In this document: positions 56,116 to 64,000 of the stretch, one piece after another | Layout of the letters: each line of letters starts with the position of its first letter | How positions within the stretch are numbered: position 1 is the first letter of the stretch | Made by a program: the position numbers and the translations under genes | Notes under the pieces: generated by a model | Told to the model about the DNA's origin: nothing | Databases searched by the model: none | Seen by the model: only the letters and a program-made list of their open reading frames with translations | Assembly (NCBI GenBank): GCA_049968255.1 | Contig: JBMFRB010000002.1 | Span: forward strand, 96,001 to 160,000 | Length of the DNA stretch: 64,000 bases | Direction: 5' to 3' | From: Candidatus Sumerlaeaceae bacterium | Lineage (GTDB): Bacteria > Sumerlaeota > Sumerlaeia > Sumerlaeales > Sumerlaeaceae

Positions 56116-57122
56116 AGGCGGTTCTCGCGTACTGCCGCAGGAATATCTTTGTTCCGCTCTCGTTGATTGTCATTTTATCTGGCACCATTGGTTATCGGCT
56201 TATCGAAGGATACACGTGGCTCGATGCTTTCTACATGACTTGCATCACGGTAGCCACTGTCGGTTTTCGCGAAGTCCATGAGCTCTCCCCTGTCGGTAAG
56301 CTCTTCACGGTGGGGCTGATCGTCGCCGGCTTGGCCACCGTCGTCATTGCCATTTCGCGAATCGGTGAGGATTTGATTGTCGTAACGGCAAGAAAACGGA
56401 GGGAGCGTATGGAAAAGCGAAACAAAGAGCTCCGAAATCACTACATTCTCTGTGGGTATGGGCGCATGGGACGGGTCATTGCAGAGCACTTGAAGCAAGA
56501 GCACGTCGACTTCGTGGTTGTGGACAATCGTCCTGAAATTGTCGAGGCTGTTTGGGAGGCGGGGGGCTACGCTATCTGTGGCGATGCCACAGCAGATGCG
56601 ACTTTGGAAAAGGCAGGTATTCAATATGCGAAAGGTTTGGTGACAGTTCTTTCCAAAGACGCCGAGAATGTTTTTGTTGTACTCACGGCTTCGCAGTTGA
56701 ATCCCAAGTTGGTCATTCTTACGCGAGCGAACAACGAGGAGGCTATCCCGAAGCTTTATCGTGCCGGTGCCACAACAGTGATCAATCCCTATGAAAGCGC
56801 AGGAGCCCGCATTGCTCAGTCGCTTCTGCGGCCGGCTGTTACAGATTTTATGCGGGTTATGTCTGGGACTCGTGGTCTTGAGTTCGGTGTGGAGCAGGTA
56901 GAGATTCAGCAAGATTCGTCATTGGCCGGAGTGACGCTGCGCGACAGCAACATCCGCCAAGCGACCAATGCAATGATCGTGGCAATTCGCAAAGCCTCTG
57001 ACCAGCAGATGATTTTTAATCCTGCCCCGGAAACCCTCCTTGAGCCAAGTGACATTCTTATTGCCATTGGTAACAAAGATGCGCTCGATAAACTTGCAGA
57101 GTTGGCGCGAACCCGTGCGTGA
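56112..57122 (+). CDS. 2-TM potassium channel with RCK (TrkA-N/TrkA-C) domains
   Basis: Pore motif TVATVGF, CGYGRMG, GDAT, C-terminal TrkA-C domain. Confidence 0.92.
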   Translation: MKAVLAYCRRNIFVPLSLIVILSGTIGYRLIEGYTWLDAFYMTCITVATVGFREVHELSPVGKLFTVGLIVAGLATVVIAISRIGEDLIVVTARKRRERMEKRNKELRNHYILCGYGRMGRVIAEHLKQEHVDFVVVDNRPEIVEAVWEAGGYAICGDATADATLEKAGIQYAKGLVTVLSKDAENVFVVLTASQLNPKLVILTRANNEEAIPKLYRAGATTVINPYESAGARIAQSLLRPAVTDFMRVMSGTRGLEFGVEQVEIQQDSSLAGVTLRDSNIRQATNAMIVAIRKASDQQMIFNPAPETLLEPSDILIAIGNKDALDKLAELARTRA

Positions 57123-57183
57123 TAGGTCGACGCGCAGTTTGTCCCCAATTTGTGTGTGAAAAGTGCAGAAAGGATAACACCAA

Positions 57184-58212
57184 ATGATCTCTCGGATGGG
57201 CTTATTCGTACTAGCTGGATTTGTTGGATTCTCGGCATGCCTGCACGGGGCTAGAGCAGATTCGACCACCGCTTCCAAGACAAATCTGAAAGTTGGTCTG
57301 GTGTTCGATGTTGGAGGACTAGGGGATAAGTCGTTCAATGATGCGGCCTTCGCGGGCCTCAAGCGCGCTGAAAAAGAGCTCGGCGTTGTGGGCGAGTATC
57401 GCGAGCCAGGCGAGGGAGCTCATCGCGAAGCACATCTTCGGCATTTTGCGAAAGGCGACGCCGACCTGATCATTGGTGTAGGTTTTCTTTTTACCGATGA
57501 AATTCGTGCGATGGCCATGGATTTTCCGAAGAAGAAATTTGCCTGCGTGGACTATACGGTTGACGAGCGCGAGATACCGCAAAATTTGGCAGTGCTGACG
57601 TTCCGGGAGGAGGAAGGATCGTTTCTCGTTGGAGCGATTGCAGCTCTAAGGTCGCAAACGGGCAAAATTGGCTTTGTGGGAGGCGTGGAGAGCCCCCTCA
57701 TTAAGAAATTTGAGGCAGGTTACGAGCAGGGTGCGAAATATGTCCGCCCCGATATCGAAGTGAAAGCTGTCTACGCTGGCGTCAGCGACACCGCTTTCAA
57801 AGATCCTCAAAAGGGCAAGGAGCTCGCTTCTAGTCTCTATGATGCCGGATGCGACATTATTTATCATGCGTCCGGCTCCACGGGGCTTGGAGTGTTCAAG
57901 GCTGCTGAGGAACGAAAAAAGTTTGCTATCGGGGTGGACAAAGACCAGTCCGACGAAGCTGCTCCCGGCGTCGTGCTGACAAGTATGACCAAAAACACCG
58001 ATGCTGCGGTTTACGAAATTATAAAAGAGGCGGTTGAGGGCTCCTTCAAGGGCGGCGTTGTCAGTCTCGGACTCAAAGAGGGGGGTGTGGGTTATGTGTA
58101 TAACGAGAAGAATAGGCACCTCATTGGCGAAGAGATTCACAAGAAAGTTGAAGAACTCAAATCCAAAATCATTCGCGGCGAGATAAGAGTCAGCCCTGTG
58201 CCGAAAAAGTAA
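57184..58212 (+). CDS. BMP/PnrA-family substrate-binding protein
   Basis: GGLGDKSFN, IIGVGF, EGSFLVG, GFVGG, IGVD.DQ, TSMTK. Confidence 0.93.
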   Translation: MISRMGLFVLAGFVGFSACLHGARADSTTASKTNLKVGLVFDVGGLGDKSFNDAAFAGLKRAEKELGVVGEYREPGEGAHREAHLRHFAKGDADLIIGVGFLFTDEIRAMAMDFPKKKFACVDYTVDEREIPQNLAVLTFREEEGSFLVGAIAALRSQTGKIGFVGGVESPLIKKFEAGYEQGAKYVRPDIEVKAVYAGVSDTAFKDPQKGKELASSLYDAGCDIIYHASGSTGLGVFKAAEERKKFAIGVDKDQSDEAAPGVVLTSMTKNTDAAVYEIIKEAVEGSFKGGVVSLGLKEGGVGYVYNEKNRHLIGEEIHKKVEELKSKIIRGEIRVSPVPKK

Positions 58213-58263
58213 AAGCAAGCAGACCAGACTCGCGCAGAGGAATTGATGTGGGCGGTTGTTTTC

Positions 58264-60828
58264 TCAATAAACAACCCTTAGCGCGATAGCGCGGGGATTG
58301 ACAGGAATGCTTATGCGAAGCACGCCGTCTTCCCACGTGGCCGGAATGCGCTTCCCCTCGACCGTAACTTCTTTGGGTTTTCGATTCAATGAGTGGATTT
58401 GTACAAGCCATCTTTTGCGGGGTGGCACGTATTTGCCTCGCCCTCTGCCAATAACGAAATTGAGCGTAGTGCCGTCGAAGGTGCCGTCAAAGGCTGTCCT
58501 GAGCTCTTCGCCATTGCGGTAAGCGGTCGTCTCGCCATCGTCCTCAACGAGCATGCCGGTGATTTTCTCGTCGGGGAAGATGTCGAGTTGCGTCACGTCG
58601 ACGGTTTTCTCTCCCACGTACTGAAGCACCTCTTGCCGGGGGATGACGGCGCCGGCTCTGACAAACAAGGGCGGCTGTGCCGACGGTGCCTCGACAACGT
58701 AGTACGCCAGCCCATCGAATCGCTTACCTGTCCACCAATGCACCCAATTTCCAGCAGGGAGATAGACCATCCTTCGATCCTTTGCTGGCTCGAGAACTGG
58801 GGCGACCAGAAGCGAATCGCCCAGAAGAAACTCATCTGCGATGCGCTGGCAGTTGGAGTCGGTGGGAAAGTCAACCACGAGAGCTCGGTTCACAGGAAGG
58901 CCAGTTTCACTGGCTTGCACGAATGCTGTGTAAAGATAGGGGAGCAATGTCATGCGGAATTCGATCATCGCACGTGCGACTTTTTCGACTTCTTGGCCGA
59001 AGGACCACGGTTCCTGAGCGGCTGTCCCCGTAGCGCTGTGCGTTCGACAGAACGGTTGGAAAACTCCCCATTCAATCCAGCGGGCATAGAGCTCAGGATA
59101 GCAATCGTGTGCAAATCCGCCGATGTCGCAACCAACAAACGAAATGCCTGTGAGTCCCATACTGAGATTGAGCTGCAAATCCAACGTCATACTTGCCCAC
59201 GTGGACTGGTTGTCACCGGTCCACATGAGCGCGTGACGCTGCACGCCAGCCCATCCGGAGCGCGTAATGACAAAGGGGCGTTTGTCGGGCCGAGCTTGCA
59301 CAAAACCCTCATGCGACGCCTGAGCCATCGTCAGACCGTAGACCTGATGCACACATGAGTGCGGGCTCTGCTGCCCGAAGTCGTACTGAAGAACGCGGCC
59401 AGGGAACTCTTTTTCCTCAAAAATGTGCGGTTCATTCATGTCGTTCCAAATGCCCGCCACGTCTTTGTCCAGCAGTGCCTTTTTCTGATAATCGCCCCAG
59501 CGCTTTCGAACGTCGCTGCGTGTGAAGTCAGGAAAATGCACTTTCCCCGGCCAGACGGTGCCAACAAAGGGGGCGCTTGTTTGCGGATCTATGCAGAAAA
59601 AACCTTTTCTCTCGATAAAGTCCCGATAAACCTCGTAGTTCGGGTCAATTTTCACCCCGGGGTCCACGATTGTGACGGTTTTGAAGCCTTGCTCACGTAG
59701 GTCCGAAATGAGCTTTTCGGGGTTTGGGAAGCGCGTCGGATGCCATGTGAACACGCGGTAGCCGTCCATATAGTCAATGTCGAGGTAAAGCACGTCGCAC
59801 GGAATTTTGCGTCGCCGGAACTCTGCCGCAATTTCACGCACCCGTGACTCAGGATAGTAAGACCAGCGGCACTGCTGATATCCGAGTGCCCAGAGCGGGG
59901 GGCGCTCCATGTGGCCTGTCAGATCAACCCACTCCTTGAGAATGTCCGCCAGTGTGTCGCCGAACAGGAGCCAAACTTCTGCGTCGCCGGAAATCGTCTG
60001 ATACGTGTGGACGGTTGGGCGCGTAAAGCCCAAATCCCAAATTTGTTTTCCCGGGTTGTCGACAAAGAGCCCGAAAGGCCGACCATTGCGTGGGTTGACG
60101 TGGATCACGAAAGGAATTTGGCAATAAAAATTCTGTCGGGGGTTTCGCGAGAAATCGTCTATATTCCAGAGCGTATAGCGTCCGCCCGAGCGATCGAATG
60201 TTTCTCCAACCTCGCCCATTCCCAGCGAAAGCTCGCCTGGCACGCATCGCCGTGCGAAGCTGATGCTTTCCCCGTCAAAACGAGTCGCTCGCGGGGCTGT
60301 TTGAAAAAGAGTTCGACCAACGTGATCCCTGACGAGCATCGCAAAAGGCTGGCTGCGCAACTCGACCTCAAGCTCTTCGGTCTGCAGACGGACGAAACCG
60401 CTTTCTTGCAAAAGCCGATAATTCGAATGCGGCCAATTGCGCCGCACCACCGCATAACTCAAATCCTTTCGGTGCTCAGGTTTTTGAGCAATGCGAAGGC
60501 GCAACACTTTTGGTGATGCTACTTCAAGCGATATCCGATGCGCATCTTCGAGAATAGACCAGACCTGGATCGGGCGTGGACACATAGAGGACGACGGCTC
60601 CTTTTCGGTGATGAGAGATTCTGTGGTTTGTGCATACGGTGCAAGGGAGCACAAGCACGACGTGATCATGACAAGGACACAAAAAAACGCAAGGATGCCA
60701 GAGGTGGGGCGGTGTCTTGTTTGTCGGGCCCCCCGTGCAGAGCGCTGCTTCTCCTTACACGCGGCCGCGACTTCGTGCGCGGAGGGGGAGAGGCTTTTTC
60801 CGTGCTGTGTCGTTCTAAGCATCATCAC
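58264..60828 (-). CDS. glycoside hydrolase family 31 (alpha-glucosidase-like)
   Basis: PPLWALGYQQCRWSY, LDIDY, nucleophile WNDMNEP, acid/base WTGDN, DIGGF, RTH. The true start is probably downstream of 60828. Confidence 0.93.
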   Translation of the reverse strand: MMMLRTTQHGKSLSPSAHEVAAACKEKQRSARGARQTRHRPTSGILAFFCVLVMITSCLCSLAPYAQTTESLITEKEPSSSMCPRPIQVWSILEDAHRISLEVASPKVLRLRIAQKPEHRKDLSYAVVRRNWPHSNYRLLQESGFVRLQTEELEVELRSQPFAMLVRDHVGRTLFQTAPRATRFDGESISFARRCVPGELSLGMGEVGETFDRSGGRYTLWNIDDFSRNPRQNFYCQIPFVIHVNPRNGRPFGLFVDNPGKQIWDLGFTRPTVHTYQTISGDAEVWLLFGDTLADILKEWVDLTGHMERPPLWALGYQQCRWSYYPESRVREIAAEFRRRKIPCDVLYLDIDYMDGYRVFTWHPTRFPNPEKLISDLREQGFKTVTIVDPGVKIDPNYEVYRDFIERKGFFCIDPQTSAPFVGTVWPGKVHFPDFTRSDVRKRWGDYQKKALLDKDVAGIWNDMNEPHIFEEKEFPGRVLQYDFGQQSPHSCVHQVYGLTMAQASHEGFVQARPDKRPFVITRSGWAGVQRHALMWTGDNQSTWASMTLDLQLNLSMGLTGISFVGCDIGGFAHDCYPELYARWIEWGVFQPFCRTHSATGTAAQEPWSFGQEVEKVARAMIEFRMTLLPYLYTAFVQASETGLPVNRALVVDFPTDSNCQRIADEFLLGDSLLVAPVLEPAKDRRMVYLPAGNWVHWWTGKRFDGLAYYVVEAPSAQPPLFVRAGAVIPRQEVLQYVGEKTVDVTQLDIFPDEKITGMLVEDDGETTAYRNGEELRTAFDGTFDGTTLNFVIGRGRGKYVPPRKRWLVQIHSLNRKPKEVTVEGKRIPATWEDGVLRISIPVNPRAIALRVVY

Positions 60829-61183
60829 GGTGAACTTCGTGCAGATTACGTAAAGCCTCGACTACGAGCAGAGCCACATGCTTCTTTGTGCGAGGCAGCC
60901 CACCCAAAAGTTCTGCAACTGTCTGTTCAGAAATTTCTTCCAGGATAGCGCGAGGCTTACCACAAAGAAATTCAGCGACAACCGAACCAGCTGCAATTGT
61001 GGGCACGCAACCTTGCGCCTGGAAATTACACGCTTCAATTTTATCGTGCTTTACGAGAAGCAAAAAACGCAAACGATCGAGGCAAGCTTCGTTTGTGGCC
61101 TCACCCACATGGGTAGCATGTGCCAGCTCGCCGTTATTGCGGGGATGTTGGAAGTGATCGATGATAATCGTGCTATACTTCAC
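60815..61183 (-). CDS. IscU/NifU-N-like Fe-S scaffold homolog
   Basis: YS..IIDHFQHPRN, NEACLD, GC...IAAGS, LGGLP..KKH. Confidence 0.85.
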   Translation of the reverse strand: MKYSTIIIDHFQHPRNNGELAHATHVGEATNEACLDRLRFLLLVKHDKIEACNFQAQGCVPTIAAGSVVAEFLCGKPRAILEEISEQTVAELLGGLPRTKKHVALLVVEALRNLHEVHRDDA

Positions 61184-61282
61184 AGGCGTGATTTGGTCTC
61201 GTCAAATTGGTCTAATCAAGCGCGGACTCTTCGGCACAATGTTAGCGTCTCGACAAGTTTTGCTTCCTGCAGGTAAGAAACC

Positions 61283-62311
61283 ATGACCATGCTTCGAAAT
61301 CGTCTTTTATTGTTTTTAACTTTGTGTACATGGTGGACAGCGCCAATAGCCACGCAGGCGTGCTTTTACTCTCTTTACGCATTCGACACACAGCATGACA
61401 GTCAGACCAACCTTGAGGACCTACTGCTTGATCGCTACGTCGAGGAAGAGAAGTCAAAGGCCCGGGCGAACTTCTATAGCCAAGAGCTCAAGCGCCGCGA
61501 ACGTGACCTCTCAGGCAAACGGCAGGATCCCGAATTTCTACGCGATTACGGCTATCTTTTGCATGTTACAGGCAACACTCCCACCGCAATTCGCATTTGG
61601 GAGGAAGCGTTAGCTAAAGCGCCAAACGATTATGCGCTTCTCTGTAATCTGGCAACGGCGCATCAGATTCTCGGCGTGGATCATTACGCCAAGGCCAGAG
61701 AACTGTTGCAAAAAGCTGTGCGCTTGAAGCCTGGGTTTCGTCACAAAGCAGAGGAATTCCATTTGCGGCTTATCGAGCACCTCATGGCTCAGAGCGAAGA
61801 TTGGCAGTATATCCGCCGGGAACTGCTTTTCCCTCAACTTACCCCTGCGTGGCGAGCACGCAAAGAGCCCCCCAACGAGTTCAATGCTTCTGGGCTTCCG
61901 AAAGATGCAATCCAAGGTCTTGCTGAGCTGTTGCGCCAGTTTCCCAAACAAGGTGATACCTGGATGGTTCTCGGTATGCTTCTCGAAACGAGAGGGAAGT
62001 GGCGTGAGGCGCGGCTGGCTTATCAAAAAGCCCTCAAGTTCGGCTGTGGCATGACCGAAGAATTACGGGAGTATTTTGAAAAATACCGTGCATTTGCGGA
62101 AAAAAAGAACCCTGTCCGCTACGTGGGCTGGCTTTTCCTTAGTGCGTTTTTTCTCATGATTGCTGCCTTCATAGGGCCACGCATGATTGCAACAGTGCGG
62201 GCCGTGGTCGAGGATATCCAAAATGTGCGTCGGCAGAAAGTCGACCGTGAGGACAAAACGAGCCGTCCTCAACCGAACTCACTATCCGGCAGGAAGGGCG
62301 GCGAACGCTAA
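61283..62311 (+). CDS. exported TPR protein with C-terminal TM anchor
   Basis: Signal peptide, TPR helices, hydrophobic segment VGWLFLSAFFLMIAAFIG. Confidence 0.75.
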   Translation: MTMLRNRLLLFLTLCTWWTAPIATQACFYSLYAFDTQHDSQTNLEDLLLDRYVEEEKSKARANFYSQELKRRERDLSGKRQDPEFLRDYGYLLHVTGNTPTAIRIWEEALAKAPNDYALLCNLATAHQILGVDHYAKARELLQKAVRLKPGFRHKAEEFHLRLIEHLMAQSEDWQYIRRELLFPQLTPAWRARKEPPNEFNASGLPKDAIQGLAELLRQFPKQGDTWMVLGMLLETRGKWREARLAYQKALKFGCGMTEELREYFEKYRAFAEKKNPVRYVGWLFLSAFFLMIAAFIGPRMIATVRAVVEDIQNVRRQKVDREDKTSRPQPNSLSGRKGGER

Positions 62312-62326
62312 TTCTTTGGGGGTGCT

Positions 62327-64000
62327 ATGAGTTCCCTTTTCGACAATGCGGAGTCCCTTGTGGAGCTTACAGGCACAGTGGATCGGGTTATTTACACGAA
62401 CCCAGAGAACGGATATACGGTTGCAGCCTTGATTCCCAAGGGATCGCGAAAGGAAGTTACCATTGTCGGTTATTATCTCAACGTTCACCCCAACGAGGAG
62501 GTTCGCTGCCGCGGTGAATACATCGAGGACAAACGTTACGGTCGTCAATTTAAGGTCCACTGGTACGAGTCCATCTTGCCGACTTCACTCGAAGCGATAG
62601 AGCGTTATCTTGCTAGCGGTGTTATCAAGGGCATCGGCGAGAAATATGCTAAATTATTATTGGCACATTTCGGCAAAGATATCTTTGACGTCCTCGAACA
62701 TTCGCCCCAACAACTGGCCGAAGTTCCAGGGATTGGCCCAAAGCGGATCGAGAAAATTATCAACAGTTGGAATAGCCAGCGCGTACTCCGGGATGTCATG
62801 CTTTTTCTCCAGCAGCACGAAATTTCTCAATCGCTAGCCCCCAAGATTTACGCCCAGTATGGCCCCGATGCCATCAATCAGCTCCGACGCAACCCCTACC
62901 AGTTAGCGATGGACATTCGTGGTGTCGGATTCAAACGCGCTGATGCTATGGCGAAAAAGCTGGGGATTCCTCCTAACAGTCTCGAACGTGTGAAAGCGGG
63001 ATGTTATTATTTGTTAGCGGAAATGGCGGAGGATGGGCACACGTATTTCCCAGCTGATTCGTTTGTGCTGCGAGCGGCCCAAACACTGGAGGTTGCCGAA
63101 GACCTTGTCGTGCAGGCGCTCAATGCCCTCAAAGCAGAGCGCTACGTTGTGCTGGAGCGTTTACCGGATGGCGTGGGAGCTGTTTATCTACGACCACTTT
63201 ATCAGCATGAAGTTGGCGTGGCACAACAGCTTGCAGCGATTGCATCCACTGCCAAACTCCTACCAAAGATTCCCCTCGAGGAGGAACTGAAAGCGTTCGA
63301 AGAGGCGCACCAATTTGAGCTTGCACCGAATCAGAGAGCAGCTATTGCCATGGTGGCACGCGGAGGCGTTTGCGTGATTACGGGCGGCCCGGGCACGGGA
63401 AAAACGACGATCGTGCGCACGCTTCTCAAGATTCTCGAAAAATACGGCTTGCGTGTTGTTCTCGCTGCTCCCACGGGACGGGCTGCTAAGCGCATGCAGG
63501 AATTGACCCATCACACGGCCTCCACGATTCATCGCCTTCTCCAGTATTCACCTCGCGACGGCCGTTTTCTCAGGAACCGCCAGAATCCGATTCGTGCTGA
63601 CTTCGTTGTAGTCGACGAAACGTCCATGCTGGATATCTCGCTCGCGCATCACTTTTTGCAGGCTTTTCGTCCCACCAGTTCTTTGGTGTTTGTTGGCGAC
63701 GTGGACCAGTTGCCGTCGGTGGGCCCAGGCAATTTCTTGCGCGATTTGATTGCTAGCGACTGTGTGCCGGTCGTGCGTCTTCGCGAGATTTTTCGCCAGG
63801 CTCGGCATTCATCAATCATTCGTAATGCTCACCGCATCAACGAGGGCGAGATGCCCGTCGTCAACCTGAATGATGAGGCAGGCGAGTTTCAATTTTACCG
63901 CGCTGAGACCCAAGAGGAGGCGCTGGAGCTTATCAAGGAACTTGTTGGCACAAAGCTCCCCCAGACGCGTGGCTTTGATCCGAAATCAGACATCCAGGTT
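62327..64000 (+). CDS. recD2: ATP-dependent RecD2-type SF1B DNA helicase; 3' partial
   Basis: Not in the ORF track because it runs off the window. Manual translation gives MSSLFDNAESLVELTGTVDRVIYTNPENGYTV, IKGIG, NPY, GVGFKRAD, TGGPGTGKTT, APTGRAAKR, VVDETSM, VGDVDQLPSVGPG, IFRQ. Confidence 0.95.
   Translation, partial: MSSLFDNAESLVELTGTVDRVIYTNPENGYTVAALIPKGSRKEVTIVGYYLNVHPNEEVRCRGEYIEDKRYGRQFKVHWYESILPTSLEAIERYLASGVIKGIGEKYAKLLLAHFGKDIFDVLEHSPQQLAEVPGIGPKRIEKIINSWNSQRVLRDVMLFLQQHEISQSLAPKIYAQYGPDAINQLRRNPYQLAMDIRGVGFKRADAMAKKLGIPPNSLERVKAGCYYLLAEMAEDGHTYFPADSFVLRAAQTLEVAEDLVVQALNALKAERYVVLERLPDGVGAVYLRPLYQHEVGVAQQLAAIASTAKLLPKIPLEEELKAFEEAHQFELAPNQRAAIAMVARGGVCVITGGPGTGKTTIVRTLLKILEKYGLRVVLAAPTGRAAKRMQELTHHTASTIHRLLQYSPRDGRFLRNRQNPIRADFVVVDETSMLDISLAHHFLQAFRPTSSLVFVGDVDQLPSVGPGNFLRDLIASDCVPVVRLREIFRQARHSSIIRNAHRINEGEMPVVNLNDEAGEFQFYRAETQEEALELIKELVGTKLPQTRGFDPKSDIQV

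Noticed and set aside
58393-59358. 321-aa plus-strand ORF
   Set aside because: Antisense to the well-supported GH31 gene.
1-64000. CRISPR array, IS element, prophage or defence island
   Set aside because: No regularly spaced direct repeats, transposase, integrase, phage structural genes or recognisable defence genes were seen.

Overview
This is a gene-dense, moderately GC-rich bacterial chromosome segment from a diderm organism (TolC, lipoproteins, Sec-exported proteins). The gene style suggests a poorly studied lineage such as Sumerlaeota/BRC1, but that is an inference. It holds about 53 CDS and one tRNA-Tyr(GTA); I found no prophage, IS element, integrase or CRISPR array. Housekeeping genes include purB, purN, pgk, thrC-like, moeA, xseB, dxs, glyQS, proA, gcvT-H-PA-PB, ruvX/yqgF and recD2 (partial). 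Envelope and glycan genes include an amidase-FN3 protein, an M16 protease pair, two GT-B glycosyltransferases, a GT-C membrane transferase, a deacetylase, a Wzx flippase, an FkbM methyltransferase, a eukaryote-type UDP-galactopyranose mutase and an L,D-transpeptidase. Three observations stand out. (1) Three Sec-exported proteins from two unrelated families end in the same short motif, [VA]-x-D-W-x-L-[FY]; their genes share a 14-nt upstream motif at -90/-96, a 5'-UTR hairpin and a strong terminator, which suggests an undescribed C-terminal sorting signal and regulon. (2) Exported proteins are enriched in a T-T-x-[ST] motif (8 of 8 TT pairs in the parvulin foldase), a candidate protein O-glycosylation sequon, and a GT-C transferase lies nearby. 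(3) An intact, roughly 1045-aa DnaE paralog has lost the polymerase catalytic motifs and most PHP metal ligands. All calls come from motif recognition by eye; no database searches were run.
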